From a virus (lineage: Duplodnaviria; Caudoviricetes): a stretch of DNA of 49,454 nucleotides. The notes beneath the pieces were generated by a model. The model did no database searches, was not told where the DNA came from, and saw only the letters and a list, made by a program, of their open reading frames with translations. The stretch covers positions 1 through 49,454 of IMG/VR virus record IMGVR_UViG_3300048848_000069; one strand, written 5' to 3'. The translations under genes and the position numbers were made by a program. Below, piece by piece: positions 7,578 to 17,460 of the stretch; within the stretch, counting starts at the first letter, position 1; each line of letters starts with the position of its first letter.

Positions 7578-10500
7578 GCGAGTTCCTTGGTGAGCATGGC
7601 GTTGCCGCCGTCAGTTACCCGGTTGAGGAGTTTCACCATGTTGTTTCCGCTGAGGGCCCCGGCCTGAGTGTTCGCCCTGATGTCATCGAGCTGATCCGCC
7701 AGTGCGCGAAGCGCGTCCACGACCGATGCCCCGCCTCCGCCGTTAAGGGCGTCTGCGGTCTGCCGTGCGTTCAGAATTTTGCTCGATCCCGTAAGCTCAA
7801 TTTCAGGACCCCGCTCGCCAACGAGCCGGATGCCTCCGCCGAAATTGCCGCCGGCGGCATAACCTGGAACCTTGATGGACTCGCCGTTGTTTCTGCCCGA
7901 CTTCACCAGCTCGGCCAGTAGCTCGTCATATGTCAGCGTCCCGTTTTGCAGAGCGTCAGTCCAATAGCTCTGGCCCGGCTTATCTGCATCGCGCCCAAAG
8001 GCGGTGTTGTATGCGGTGTTGACTAGGGCTGCATTGTTCTCCCGGGTATTGGCGGTAGCGCTTCCGGCGCCGGTCCGGGGCAACGCTGACAAGGCCGCAA
8101 CGACCGCTGCGTTCATGCGGTTCACTGCGTCAGCTACAGACAAAATCGAGGTGTCTACTCCATTGAATACGTCGAGCTGCTTCTGTGCGAGTTCAAGTTG
8201 CGAATCAAAGCTCGCGCTCTGCAGGTCATACGCCGCTTTGGCTTGGTCGATCTGTGTTTCGAGGCTTGCCTGCAACTTCTCGGCCGCTGTCAGCTGTTTG
8301 CCGTTGGTTGCCTCCAGCTCAGCGACTACCGCCGCAGTCCGACCCTGGTCCCGATTGAAGTCTTCCAGCGATGAGTAAAGGTCGGTTGTGTTGCTTCCGA
8401 CAGTATCCAGCGCATCGCTCAGACCGGAGAACCCCGCCAGCGATCCTCCCGCGCGCGTTGTTGCCAAGGCGCTTTGCAAAGTCGCAACCGCCTGAGCGCG
8501 TAGCATCTTCACAGCATCGTCAGAGTTGCCGCGCAGTGACTTCAACGCCGAACTAAGGTCATTGCCCACCGAGGCCAGATTGGAAACCTTATCCGCTGCT
8601 GTGGCAGCCATGTCACTGAGGGAGGCATTAGTGGCGTTGTAAGCATCCTGCGCCGCCTTCTGCTGTGCACTGATTGCCCGCTGTATTGCCGAGAAGCTGT
8701 TTGTCACAGTGCCGGTTAGCGAGTCCTTCACGCCCTGGGCCGCCGCTGCTGCTGCCTCATTTGCTGCGGTGGTCTGCGCCTCAATGATGTCGAAGGCGGC
8801 ATCTGCGTTTGTTGCAAGACCAAGCAGGGAGGAGAAAAGCGCTTTCCCTGAGTCGGTCGTACGATCAATCGACGCCACCATCGTCGCGAATCCTTCGCGA
8901 GTAGCAGGCAGTGCCAGTCCAAGCGCAGCGAACTGTTGCCCAACCGCCGCCAGGGTGTCAGAGGCTTTCTGACTGTCCGAGGCGAACAGGTCGTAGTAGT
9001 TCGACCATGCGCCTACCGCGGCCTGCGCACGGTTATCGACTTCCGTGTAATAGGCGTCTGCATTCGACGCCAGCCCCACGAGCGTGGCGAACATCGCCTG
9101 CCCCGCCGCAGTCGTGACGTTGATGTTTTCGACAATATTGCGATAGGCGGATCGGGTATCAGGCAGCTCAAGACCGAGGCCTGCAAAGGCGCTTTTCAAG
9201 CTGTCTGTCAGGTCGGCGAATTGCTCGTCGGCACTGAAAAATGCTTGATAGTAGGTGCCCACCGCCGTATTGAGCGCGTCCACTTTCTCCTTGGCGGTCG
9301 CGGTCGTAGTGTCCAGATCGGCCATGGCTCCGATCATGTTCAGAATCGAGTCCGAAGCCATCAACCCGGTGTTGTCGAGTTTCAGGTTGTTGACGTTGAT
9401 CAGCGTCAGCGCATCGTTCACCCCGTTGAAACGGGTGAATACTCCTTCGATTGCCTTGATGACCTGGTCTGCAGTCGTGTTCCAGTCGTTGGCAAATTCG
9501 GTGAACTGGGACTTGAAGTACTCAGGCAATGACTTGGAACTCACGATTGCTTTCGCGAGGAAGGTGCCCATGATGTCGTCATAGTCAGCGGTCAGTGCCG
9601 CAGAGATATCAGCGGCCTTGAACTGCTGCTTACCGGTGATGACCGAACCATCGTCAAGCTGGGCGCCGAAGGTGCTGGAGTACTTCCCGGAGGTCTTGCG
9701 TTGCTGCAGCGTGTTATACGCCACGACAGGTGCGCCGTTGCCGAGGGCTGCGTACAGGCTCCCAAGCGTGGAACTGAACTGGTTTAGCGTTGAAGACATT
9801 GCGTTGTCTGCAGCAGTCCCATACTTCGGAGCCTTACGCTGCCAGCTTTGAGCAATACCCGTGTCCGTGTACTGACCATTTACATAGCGGCCAGTAGCCG
9901 AGGTGCTCAGGTCTGGGTATTTCTCCCCGGAACTGAACAGCTTGCCAGCGCCTAGCGCGCCCAAGGTGGCCCCGATCGCAAAGCCCGCAGCCGTGCCAAG
10001 CGGTCCTGCGAACGAGCCGATGTAAGCGCCCGCCGCCGCCATGCCGCCGGTAACTGCTCCGCCTTTAAGGCCGTAGTCCTTGAAGGAGCTGAAGATTGTG
10101 TAGACGCCCTGGACGTACCCCAAAACCGAGCTGAGGGTTGCCAGGGAGCTTGCCGCGCCGCTGGCCCCAAATCCCGCAGACGCGGCGCTGAACGAGCCTT
10201 GCGAAACGCCGGTGCCGAACTGAGCAGCATAGTTTCCGTAGCTGGCGGTCAGGGCCGCCGTGGCTGACTCGGAAACGTTGGCCGCAGCGACCGCAGAACC
10301 CGACGTGAACGCACTGCTGATAGCGCTGCTGACATAATCCGCGCCGTTGCTGAATGCACCTTGCAACCCACCGACCACGCCATCACCGCTGGTCCAGCCG
10401 GACATGATGGCTTCGCCGAACTTGCTCCCAGCCGCAGACGCTACGTTCTTTGCGGTGTTGAGATAGGACATGACGCCCGAGCCACCACCACCGCCACCCA

Positions 10501-13060
10501 TGAGGCCGGAAATTCCTCCGGCACCCCCTGCGCCAGAGGCAGAATCACCACCGATGCCAAGAGCTGCGAGGATCGGGGTCACGATGTAGGCTTTGGCAAC
10601 AATGCGAGCCAAATCGGCAATGATGCTATCGGCCAGGTCCTTGAAGCTCAGCTTCCCGGTTGTCGCAGCATCGACGAACGCGTCCTCCACGCCGCGCAGC
10701 GAATCGCTGAACAGCGTGTAGGTCTGACCCGCGATGTCGTGTGTTTGGTCGATGTAGTCCTGCAGGGCAGCGTTCGCGCCGTTGGTCCAGTCGTCCTGAT
10801 ACTGCTTGAGCTGGACGTAATAGTCCTGCTGCGCCCTAAGCCGTTGGTCAAGCGCATCCTTAAGGATCTGCGTCTCTTTGTTGTAGTTCTCGGTCCGCCC
10901 ACTCGATGGATTTGTCAGATTGCGATAATCGCGATCCAGCTTTTCGAGCTGTTTTTGATAGTCCTGGCGGATCTTCAGATCGTCCTGCAGGCGCTGGCGA
11001 CCCTCCTGGCCCAGACCGATACCTGCAAGCTGGTTGTCGAGCCCCTGCTGAGCGAGCGCTAGACTGTCCTGGACGTTTTGGCTAAATGCCTTAAGCGATG
11101 CGGCATCTTTAGCGTTCCGCGCGCTGGTCTGCTGTGACAGGATGTCCTGATCGGTGTCCAGCTTCCTTAAGGTGTCGACCATCTTCTGGCGAGCGTCGGC
11201 GATCTTCTGGTCGATTCCGACACGCTGAGCGCTGGTGGTGCTGGATTTGGCGGTGACCGCTTCCAATGCTGCGATCTCAGCCTGATAGGCCGATTCGACC
11301 TGGCTCTTCTCCTTCTCCAGTAAGGCTCCTTTCTGAAGTGCGTAATCGTCCGCACTGATAAGGCCCGCCTTCTCAGACGCATCCAGCAGTCTAAACGAGT
11401 TCTGATAGCTCTCCATGAGCGACTTGAGCGCGTTTTCGGCATTGTTGAATCCGGTCAGGTCCACCGGCGCTGCGGCCTTTGCCGACTCCTTGAATTTGTC
11501 CTTGAGCTGGGCCTCCAGTTTTGCCTGCTCGGCAGCTGTGACTGTGTAACCCTGCGCCCTAGCGGCATCAATCTCGCGAAGTGACTTCTTCAAAGCAGCC
11601 GCCAGCTGATCGCCCTTCGACGCAGTACTGGTCAGCTGGGACTTGATGTCCTCGTAATATTTGGTGGCCTGCTGCATTGCGGCGGCGCCGAACATCTGCT
11701 CGCGCGCCGCTTTTTGGTCGTCGACCTCCTTCTGGAGGGTTTTCTGCCACTCGGCCTGAGCCGCTGACTCGCCACCGGCAAAGACCATCATGTCCGGGTT
11801 GTCGCCGACCGAAAGTGGCGCTACAGATGCGTTGCGTACTTTGTTCAGCCGCTCTTCGAGCTTTTGCAGTTTTTGGTCGAGCGAGTCCTCTCGACCGATA
11901 TCAAAAATCGCGTCCCACGCCTTTTTCGCTTCGCCCTTGACCCCGAGCCATGCGGTCTCAACCGAACCGAGGCTGTCCTTGATCTTGGCGGAGCGCTCAT
12001 CCAAAGCCTGCGCATACGCCGCCTCCGCGACGCTTGCCGCGCCTGCCGTGTCGCCATTCTCTTTGAGGGCGCGAACTTGCTCATAGACCGATGCAGTAAG
12101 GAAGTTGAATTTGTCGTTAAGCTCTACCAGCGCCTTTGCAGGATCGGTTGCGATCTTTTCAAAGTCGGCGATGGTTTCGGAGACAGCCCGGCCAGTCACT
12201 TCCTGAAACTTCAACGCACTGGTGGCGATCATCTCGAAACTGGTGCTGGCGATCTTGCCGCCACTGGCCAGCCGGTTCAGCGCTTCTGCGGCCGCGCCAG
12301 TGGTACCGATCGTCCCGCCAACGCTTTGAGCCATGGCGGACAAGGAGGAGCTTGTTGCTCCGGCGAAGTTGCCGGTGGAAATCAGGCTCTGATTAAAGGC
12401 GGTGGCCTCGTCTGAACCTCCCTTATAGGCCAGTGCAAGCCCGCCAGCAGCAGCGGCGGCGACGGTGAAGGGATTGATCAAACCAAGCACATAGCCGCCG
12501 AGGGCCTTAGCCGCCGGACCGGCACCGCCGAACATGTCTTTAAGCTGGCCGCCCTGTTGCAGGAATACGGTAAGAGGAGCTTGGCCGCCTTGGAGGGACG
12601 TGGCGATGTCCGTGAACTGTGCAGGAACTCCGCGCAGCGCAGCGGCAGTTTGCTTGGCGGATATCCCGGTCTTGCCCATTGAATCGTTGAATCGTGCAAG
12701 CTCAGCGCGCGTGGCTGCGATCTTCTTGCTGTATTCGGTATAGGTGTCGAGCTCGATTTTCCCGGACTTGCGGGCCTTGTTGAGCGCGATTTCCTGCTTT
12801 TCCAGTTCGTTGAGCTTTCGTGCAAGCGGATCGATGGTGCCAAGCAACTGCTCGATCTCGTCCCTTTCCTCATGGATCGACTTTTTCGCCTTCGTAGCGC
12901 TCTTACCAACGGACTCAAGGCTGGCCCCCGCTTTGTCCATGGCAGGCTTGATGCTAAGACCTGCGTCCTCTAGGGCTTCCAGTGCCTTCCGGGTATCAGC
13001 CGCTTTCTGCTCAGCGTCTCGGCTGTCGATTTCTAGAACCAGGCGCGAGGTCTGAGTCAT
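7574..13060 (-). CDS. Tail tape measure protein, lambda family, with long C-terminal extension
   Basis: VPAQFTDIATSLQGGQAPLTVFLQQGGQLKDMFGG signature; Ala-rich coiled coil; GYAAGG...LVGERGPE C-terminal motif. Confidence 0.93.
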   Translation of the reverse strand: MTQTSRLVLEIDSRDAEQKAADTRKALEALEDAGLSIKPAMDKAGASLESVGKSATKAKKSIHEERDEIEQLLGTIDPLARKLNELEKQEIALNKARKSGKIELDTYTEYSKKIAATRAELARFNDSMGKTGISAKQTAAALRGVPAQFTDIATSLQGGQAPLTVFLQQGGQLKDMFGGAGPAAKALGGYVLGLINPFTVAAAAAGGLALAYKGGSDEATAFNQSLISTGNFAGATSSSLSAMAQSVGGTIGTTGAAAEALNRLASGGKIASTSFEMIATSALKFQEVTGRAVSETIADFEKIATDPAKALVELNDKFNFLTASVYEQVRALKENGDTAGAASVAEAAYAQALDERSAKIKDSLGSVETAWLGVKGEAKKAWDAIFDIGREDSLDQKLQKLEERLNKVRNASVAPLSVGDNPDMMVFAGGESAAQAEWQKTLQKEVDDQKAAREQMFGAAAMQQATKYYEDIKSQLTSTASKGDQLAAALKKSLREIDAARAQGYTVTAAEQAKLEAQLKDKFKESAKAAAPVDLTGFNNAENALKSLMESYQNSFRLLDASEKAGLISADDYALQKGALLEKEKSQVESAYQAEIAALEAVTAKSSTTSAQRVGIDQKIADARQKMVDTLRKLDTDQDILSQQTSARNAKDAASLKAFSQNVQDSLALAQQGLDNQLAGIGLGQEGRQRLQDDLKIRQDYQKQLEKLDRDYRNLTNPSSGRTENYNKETQILKDALDQRLRAQQDYYVQLKQYQDDWTNGANAALQDYIDQTHDIAGQTYTLFSDSLRGVEDAFVDAATTGKLSFKDLADSIIADLARIVAKAYIVTPILAALGIGGDSASGAGGAGGISGLMGGGGGGSGVMSYLNTAKNVASAAGSKFGEAIMSGWTSGDGVVGGLQGAFSNGADYVSSAISSAFTSGSAVAAANVSESATAALTASYGNYAAQFGTGVSQGSFSAASAGFGASGAASSLATLSSVLGYVQGVYTIFSSFKDYGLKGGAVTGGMAAAGAYIGSFAGPLGTAAGFAIGATLGALGAGKLFSSGEKYPDLSTSATGRYVNGQYTDTGIAQSWQRKAPKYGTAADNAMSSTLNQFSSTLGSLYAALGNGAPVVAYNTLQQRKTSGKYSSTFGAQLDDGSVITGKQQFKAADISAALTADYDDIMGTFLAKAIVSSKSLPEYFKSQFTEFANDWNTTADQVIKAIEGVFTRFNGVNDALTLINVNNLKLDNTGLMASDSILNMIGAMADLDTTTATAKEKVDALNTAVGTYYQAFFSADEQFADLTDSLKSAFAGLGLELPDTRSAYRNIVENINVTTAAGQAMFATLVGLASNADAYYTEVDNRAQAAVGAWSNYYDLFASDSQKASDTLAAVGQQFAALGLALPATREGFATMVASIDRTTDSGKALFSSLLGLATNADAAFDIIEAQTTAANEAAAAAAQGVKDSLTGTVTNSFSAIQRAISAQQKAAQDAYNATNASLSDMAATAADKVSNLASVGNDLSSALKSLRGNSDDAVKMLRAQAVATLQSALATTRAGGSLAGFSGLSDALDTVGSNTTDLYSSLEDFNRDQGRTAAVVAELEATNGKQLTAAEKLQASLETQIDQAKAAYDLQSASFDSQLELAQKQLDVFNGVDTSILSVADAVNRMNAAVVAALSALPRTGAGSATANTRENNAALVNTAYNTAFGRDADKPGQSYWTDALQNGTLTYDELLAELVKSGRNNGESIKVPGYAAGGNFGGGIRLVGERGPEIELTGSSKILNARQTADALNGGGGASVVDALRALADQLDDIRANTQAGALSGNNMVKLLNRVTDGGNAMLTKELA

Positions 13061-13077
13061 TTGCCTTTCTCCGGGCA

Positions 13078-13101
13078 TAAAAAAACCCGCACTCGGCGGG
13101 T
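13078..13101 (-). terminator. Intrinsic terminator downstream of the lipoprotein moron
   Basis: ACCCGC-ACTCG-GCGGGT hairpin with an A-run on its left. Confidence 0.7.
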
Positions 13102-13123
13102 TATTTGATTGAGTAACTCTGAA

Positions 13124-13609
13124 CTATTTAGTCACCATCACAGTGGTAACAGAGTCGTTCGCAACAATGGCTCTTACCATGATGGACCCGCCTTGATTGG
13201 ACACGCCATAAGGCGTTGGGGCACCCCACGTCACTTGGCTCACGACGTAGTAGTCACCAGGCGGAACGTTGTTGAATGTAAATTCGCCACTACCGTTTGC
13301 CTGAACCTTGAACCCCGCATACAGGGCGCGGTTGTCGAGAACTGGTGCCCGCTTATTATCGAGCCAAGCGGAGTAGAACTGACGCATGTAGTCCGTTTCT
13401 TGAAGCAATAGCACTGGGCTCCCCGCCCCGTATTTAACATCGCCTCCCACTGTCCGAAGAAAGACCTGACCGGTGACGGTCCCAGTTCCTGACTTCGGCA
13501 GGTCCAGATACGTTTGCTCAGGGAACCCGCTGAACTGCTCCATGGGTTGAGGCTGCACGCAACCTGCGAGCAAAAGAAAAGACAAGACTGCGAAAAATCC
13601 CTTCATCAC
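13124..13609 (-). CDS. Lipoprotein moron with a beta-sandwich (carboxypeptidase-regulatory-like) domain
   Basis: LLLAG-C lipobox; GEFTFNNVPPGDYYV motif; inserted between the chaperone and tape measure genes with its own terminator. Confidence 0.78.
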   Translation of the reverse strand: MMKGFFAVLSFLLLAGCVQPQPMEQFSGFPEQTYLDLPKSGTGTVTGQVFLRTVGGDVKYGAGSPVLLLQETDYMRQFYSAWLDNKRAPVLDNRALYAGFKVQANGSGEFTFNNVPPGDYYVVSQVTWGAPTPYGVSNQGGSIMVRAIVANDSVTTVMVTK

Positions 13610-13672
13610 TACTTCCTCTTTTTTGGTGGAGGCAATCTACCACCATCAAAGGAAATGCCCATAGACCGGCTG

Positions 13673-13912
13673 TCACTCCTCGTCTTCGCTCAGCAGAATG
13701 TGATCCAGCGCGAACATGACCTCGTCCACCTCATGGCGCGCCAAAGGCGCAGGGTGCGCCTCAAGCCAGTCGCTGATCTCCTTGGCAGACAAGGGCAATG
13801 GGTGAGCCCCTGTCATGGTCGCGAGCATCCGGCGCCCCCTGCACACATTGCGGAACGTGTTCAGCAGGTATTGCGTGAGGGGGTCTGTCTCCGGCTCGTC
13901 CGGCACCGTCAT
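13673..13912 (-). CDS. Tail assembly chaperone, gpT-like part (expressed by frameshift)
   Basis: Position between gpG-like gene and TMP; its frame is open upstream to the slippery site at 13990-13996. Confidence 0.75.
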   Translation of the reverse strand: MTVPDEPETDPLTQYLLNTFRNVCRGRRMLATMTGAHPLPLSAKEISDWLEAHPAPLARHEVDEVMFALDHILLSEDEE

Positions 13913-13914
13913 TT

Positions 13915-14400
13915 TCAGGCGTTGGTAGATGGCTCTGCGCTTTTCCGTTTGCCCGCCCCACTCCCTTTCCCAGTGGAACCGGTCGACGGCTTTTCCACCG
14001 TCTCAGCGAGCTCACCCTTGTTCTCGGCGGCAAATTCCGCGGCGTTTTTCAGGACGAAAATGAAGAAGTCGACATTACCGTCGAGCATCTCCGCACCTAT
14101 AGCGGGCGTGTACTTGAGCGGGTTGCCTTCGTCGTCCTGCGCTCCGTCCCAGTCTTTCAGGATGAAGTGCGACAGCAGCATGCAGTGGTTCTGATGCTCT
14201 GTTTTTTCGCCGGACACCACACCAACGGTACCCTCGGTGAACTGCTCGTCGTTGCGGCGCAGGCGACGGCGCGCGCGCTCCAAAGCAATCTGGTATTCCG
14301 GGGTGTCGATGGGTGCCAGCAGAATCTTGGTATCTTTGTCGAAGTCGAACCACTTGTCATTCGAGACGGGTTCGGTTTTCTTTACGAGCTTGAGAGCCAT
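13915..14400 (-). CDS. Tail assembly chaperone, gpG-like
   Basis: Follows the tail tube gene; ILKDWDG...YTP motif. Confidence 0.8.
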   Translation of the reverse strand: MALKLVKKTEPVSNDKWFDFDKDTKILLAPIDTPEYQIALERARRRLRRNDEQFTEGTVGVVSGEKTEHQNHCMLLSHFILKDWDGAQDDEGNPLKYTPAIGAEMLDGNVDFFIFVLKNAAEFAAENKGELAETVEKPSTGSTGKGSGAGKRKSAEPSTNA

Positions 14401-14478
14401 GGTGTTTCCTCTACGCCACGCCTAAAAAAGACCGCCCCGGCTGGCGTTATTGCCGGGGCAGTCAAAGGGTGAATCGGT

Positions 14479-15639
14479 TTACGAAACGGTGACGGTAGAC
14501 TGGCCGACCTTGGTGCCGTCGGCCGTGCTGGTTGCGGTGATGACGGCGGTACCGGCAGACACGCCGGTCACAACGCCGGTGCTGCTGACCGTTGCAACAC
14601 TTGGGGTCGCGCTGGACCAGGTGACGGTCTGGGTTGCGCCTGCTGGGGATACGGTCGGCGTCAGCTGACGAGTTGCGCCCACAGCCACGGCAGCGGTGGT
14701 CGGGGCAACGGCAACGGTAGCCACGGCAGCGGCCGGGGTACGGGTCAGCGTCGGTGCCTGCTTGGAGACGGTGTAGTTCAGCGTCACCTCAATCAGGTCG
14801 CGCTTACCGCCGTTTGGCAGGTCGCCGTCAATCTCCAAAGCTGGGAAGTTGAAGGTGTACTTATTGCCCAGGCTGTCCGTGATCGGGAACGAGACCGCGA
14901 TCGGTGCGCGCGTGAACTGGTTTTTCCAGAGCTGCCATGCGCGGTTCGACCAGGCCAACGTGATGCTGCCGGTGATCGCCGCTTCGGTGGCAATGTGCGC
15001 GCCTGGGCCGAGCTTGCCGTTGCCCAAGCAGCGTTGAGTCTGCAGGCTGTTATCGAGGTTGATCGTGATTGCCGAGACGCACGCAACGCCTTCCAGCGAC
15101 GCGCCGTCGACCAGGACGGTGCCCACGTTGATGTTGGACATGAACGGAGTAGCAGTCGCAGGTGTGATCGCGGTGACGGTGTTGGTGTCGCCGTCCGCGT
15201 AATCCAGCCCCATCAGGGTGAAGGTGGCGGTGATCTTGCCGTCCGACGGGACATCCAGCGCGAACGTGGAAACATGCATGCCTTTGAAGATCGAGAACAC
15301 GTTCACGTCGGCAAAGTTCTTCGCCACAGAGAAGGTGCGGCGGGTATCGCCCACGGTCAAAACGTTGTTGGTCCAGGTGCCGTAGAAGCCGGCCTCGAAC
15401 AGCTTGTCGAACGTGCCGTAGGACATCTCGCCGACCAGGTCGCCCTGGATGTCAGTGCTGGTCGCCACAGAGCCTTGGCTCACGCGGGAATCGGTGATCT
15501 CGTCGCTGGCCTGGGTGTTGACGGAGGGCGACAGGGTGTTGCTGGTCAGCCGCAGCGTGTCCCAGTTGCCAGTGGTCGGCGTCACGCCGGGAGTGGTTTC
15601 GGGAATCAGGTAACTGATCTGTTTGGCGCCGCTAGACAT
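14479..15639 (-). CDS. Major tail tube protein with a C-terminal Ig-like (Big_2) domain
   Basis: MSSGAK...ETTPGVTP...LRLTSNTL; C-terminal VAVGATRQLTPTVSP...VTWSSATPSVATVSSTGVVTGVSAGTAVITAT. Confidence 0.9.
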   Translation of the reverse strand: MSSGAKQISYLIPETTPGVTPTTGNWDTLRLTSNTLSPSVNTQASDEITDSRVSQGSVATSTDIQGDLVGEMSYGTFDKLFEAGFYGTWTNNVLTVGDTRRTFSVAKNFADVNVFSIFKGMHVSTFALDVPSDGKITATFTLMGLDYADGDTNTVTAITPATATPFMSNINVGTVLVDGASLEGVACVSAITINLDNSLQTQRCLGNGKLGPGAHIATEAAITGSITLAWSNRAWQLWKNQFTRAPIAVSFPITDSLGNKYTFNFPALEIDGDLPNGGKRDLIEVTLNYTVSKQAPTLTRTPAAAVATVAVAPTTAAVAVGATRQLTPTVSPAGATQTVTWSSATPSVATVSSTGVVTGVSAGTAVITATSTADGTKVGQSTVTVS

Positions 15640-15703
15640 GTTTTCCACCTTTCTGTGGGCATAAAAAAACCCGCTCAGGGCGGGTGGGATGGGTGTTGCT
15701 GGG

Positions 15704-16099
15704 TCAGCCGGCGCGGAACCGGATGTTGACGTTGATCTGGTAGAACCCTTCGTACTCGCCGGCGATCGCCTGGCTGGCCTCTTGGGATTCGAGATCGCCG
15801 GAGGTCCAGTAGGCGAAGTGCGCTTCAAGCGCGTCGGCCAGTTCGGTAATGGCCTTGGTGCCGGTGCGTTCCCGGGCGAAGCACTGGATGCTGATCTGCC
15901 CGGGCTTGCGGGTGTAGGGCTTGTCGGCCATGCCGGCCATGAACGCCGTCGCGTACTGGATGTTCAGGCGGCACCAGAGCCCCGCATCCGGCGGCGTGAA
16001 CACCGCAGGTTGGTTCGGGTAGTCGATGCGGGCCTGCTCGATGCCTGTGAACGCCACCATGCGCGCGGTGATAAGCGCGCGGATTTGCTCGTAGGTCAT
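15704..16099 (-). CDS. Tail terminator-like protein
   Basis: Position before the tail tube gene; IDYPN...FTPP and YQINVNIRF motifs. Confidence 0.75.
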   Translation of the reverse strand: MTYEQIRALITARMVAFTGIEQARIDYPNQPAVFTPPDAGLWCRLNIQYATAFMAGMADKPYTRKPGQISIQCFARERTGTKAITELADALEAHFAYWTSGDLESQEASQAIAGEYEGFYQINVNIRFRAG

Positions 16100-16668
16100 T
16101 TGTAGGCCTCACTCACGCCGATGAAGGCCAGGTCGTACACGCCGCCCGGCGCTTGCGTGGAATGGCCCAGCTCCAGCATCTCGCCATAGGGGCTGTTGGT
16201 CTGGATGTAGATCACGGGAAACTGGCCGGACGCCCTGATGAGCATCGAGCCCCTGCTGATGGTGTCGCGGCCGGACGGGTCAACATTCTCGACGACTGAC
16301 ATATCCGGCGCGCCGATGGAAACCATGTGGCTGCCCCGGAACGTGCCGCCGATGTATCCCTTGCCGGCCGCCTTGGCATCCACGTAGAAGTTCTCCTTTC
16401 GCTCACGCTGGGTCAGCTTCTTGAACTTCTTCCTGCCAGTGTTGCTGGCGTTCCGCGTGTCGACGTTGGCGTCGTAGGCGTCTGCCAGTGCGGTGTTCTT
16501 CGAACGCAGAGCTTTGTTCGCCTCCCATAGATCAGGGTTGCCTACCGGTGAGCGGTTCACCACCTCGGTGAGCATCGCTATCCCAATGGCGCGAGCCATC
16601 TGCGTGATGTCTTCGCCCGCCTGGTCGGCGAACTCGGTCAGGGTGTGGCTCCAGCCTGCCTTGGCCAT
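16096..16668 (-). CDS. Neck/tail completion protein (HK97 gp10-like)
   Basis: RSPVG...G.FRGS...PYGEMLELGHSTQAPGG motifs. Confidence 0.78.
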   Translation of the reverse strand: MAKAGWSHTLTEFADQAGEDITQMARAIGIAMLTEVVNRSPVGNPDLWEANKALRSKNTALADAYDANVDTRNASNTGRKKFKKLTQRERKENFYVDAKAAGKGYIGGTFRGSHMVSIGAPDMSVVENVDPSGRDTISRGSMLIRASGQFPVIYIQTNSPYGEMLELGHSTQAPGGVYDLAFIGVSEAYK

Positions 16669-17027
16669 CAGGTCTTCCTCAGCTGGATCTCGTAATGGGC
16701 GCCGACCGGGTCCAGCTGCACGTTCACCACGTCGAAGCCGTTTATCTTATGGCCGATGTCCGGTGTGCCGCCGATGGTTTCGTTCGTGAGGGCGATCAGC
16801 AATTGGTCAGTGGCGCGGATGTTGACGCCGTCGGCCTGCGCGATCTTGAAGCTGTCGAACACGCCACGACCGCTATAGGAAATCACCACCGGCTCGCCAC
16901 CGGTTTCAATGACCGGATCCCAAGCGCCTGGCAGCGTGATCCCACCGGTGAACGGCAATACCGCATCAGCTAGGTCAGTGTCGAACGCCTCGGCCATGTC
17001 GGCCTGTATCTCTTCGCGAATGCCCAT
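16668..17027 (-). CDS. Head closure / head-tail joining protein
   Basis: Synteny; ends YEIQLRK. Confidence 0.65.
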   Translation of the reverse strand: MGIREEIQADMAEAFDTDLADAVLPFTGGITLPGAWDPVIETGGEPVVISYSGRGVFDSFKIAQADGVNIRATDQLLIALTNETIGGTPDIGHKINGFDVVNVQLDPVGAHYEIQLRKT

Positions 17028-17030
17028 GGT

Positions 17031-17420
17031 TCACCTGTAGACGTTGAAGCTGAACGCACTGGCGCGCCAAGGCCCGAGCAGGCCGAGCGCGAACTGGACA
17101 CCGTCGGGCAATGACGTGGACTTGCTGGTGTCGATCGATGCAAAGGTCTTGCTCGTCGACACCGAGCCTGCCTTGACCGTCTTAGCCGAAAGCGTACCCT
17201 CGGTCTGCTGCTGGTAGAGCTTGCCCTGAGAGGCGACTACCGCCAGTTCGACGCCGGCCTGCTTGATCTCTTCAGGGATGGCGTCCATGTCAACGCCGGT
17301 GAGGCTGAGGGAGGTCAGATAGGCGTTGGCCTGCAGCACGGCGCGGGCCTTCTTGTCATCTGGCGCCCATTCGGCACCCAGGGTGGCGTCAACGTCCGCC
17401 ACGGTGATGTAGGTTGCCAT
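17031..17420 (-). CDS. Head-tail adaptor protein
   Basis: TYITVADVD...KARAVLQANAYL...IPEEIKQA; synteny after the capsid genes. Confidence 0.7.
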   Translation of the reverse strand: MATYITVADVDATLGAEWAPDDKKARAVLQANAYLTSLSLTGVDMDAIPEEIKQAGVELAVVASQGKLYQQQTEGTLSAKTVKAGSVSTSKTFASIDTSKSTSLPDGVQFALGLLGPWRASAFSFNVYR

Positions 17421-17460
17421 CTGGCCTCCGCTTGAATGAGTGGGGCCGAAGCCCCGGGTG

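Noticed and set aside
13964-13972. GGGAAAG (lambda-type slippery sequence) in the chaperone gene
   Set aside because: It is read GGG-AAA-GGG, out of phase for tandem -1 slippage; the upstream G-GAA-AAG fits better.
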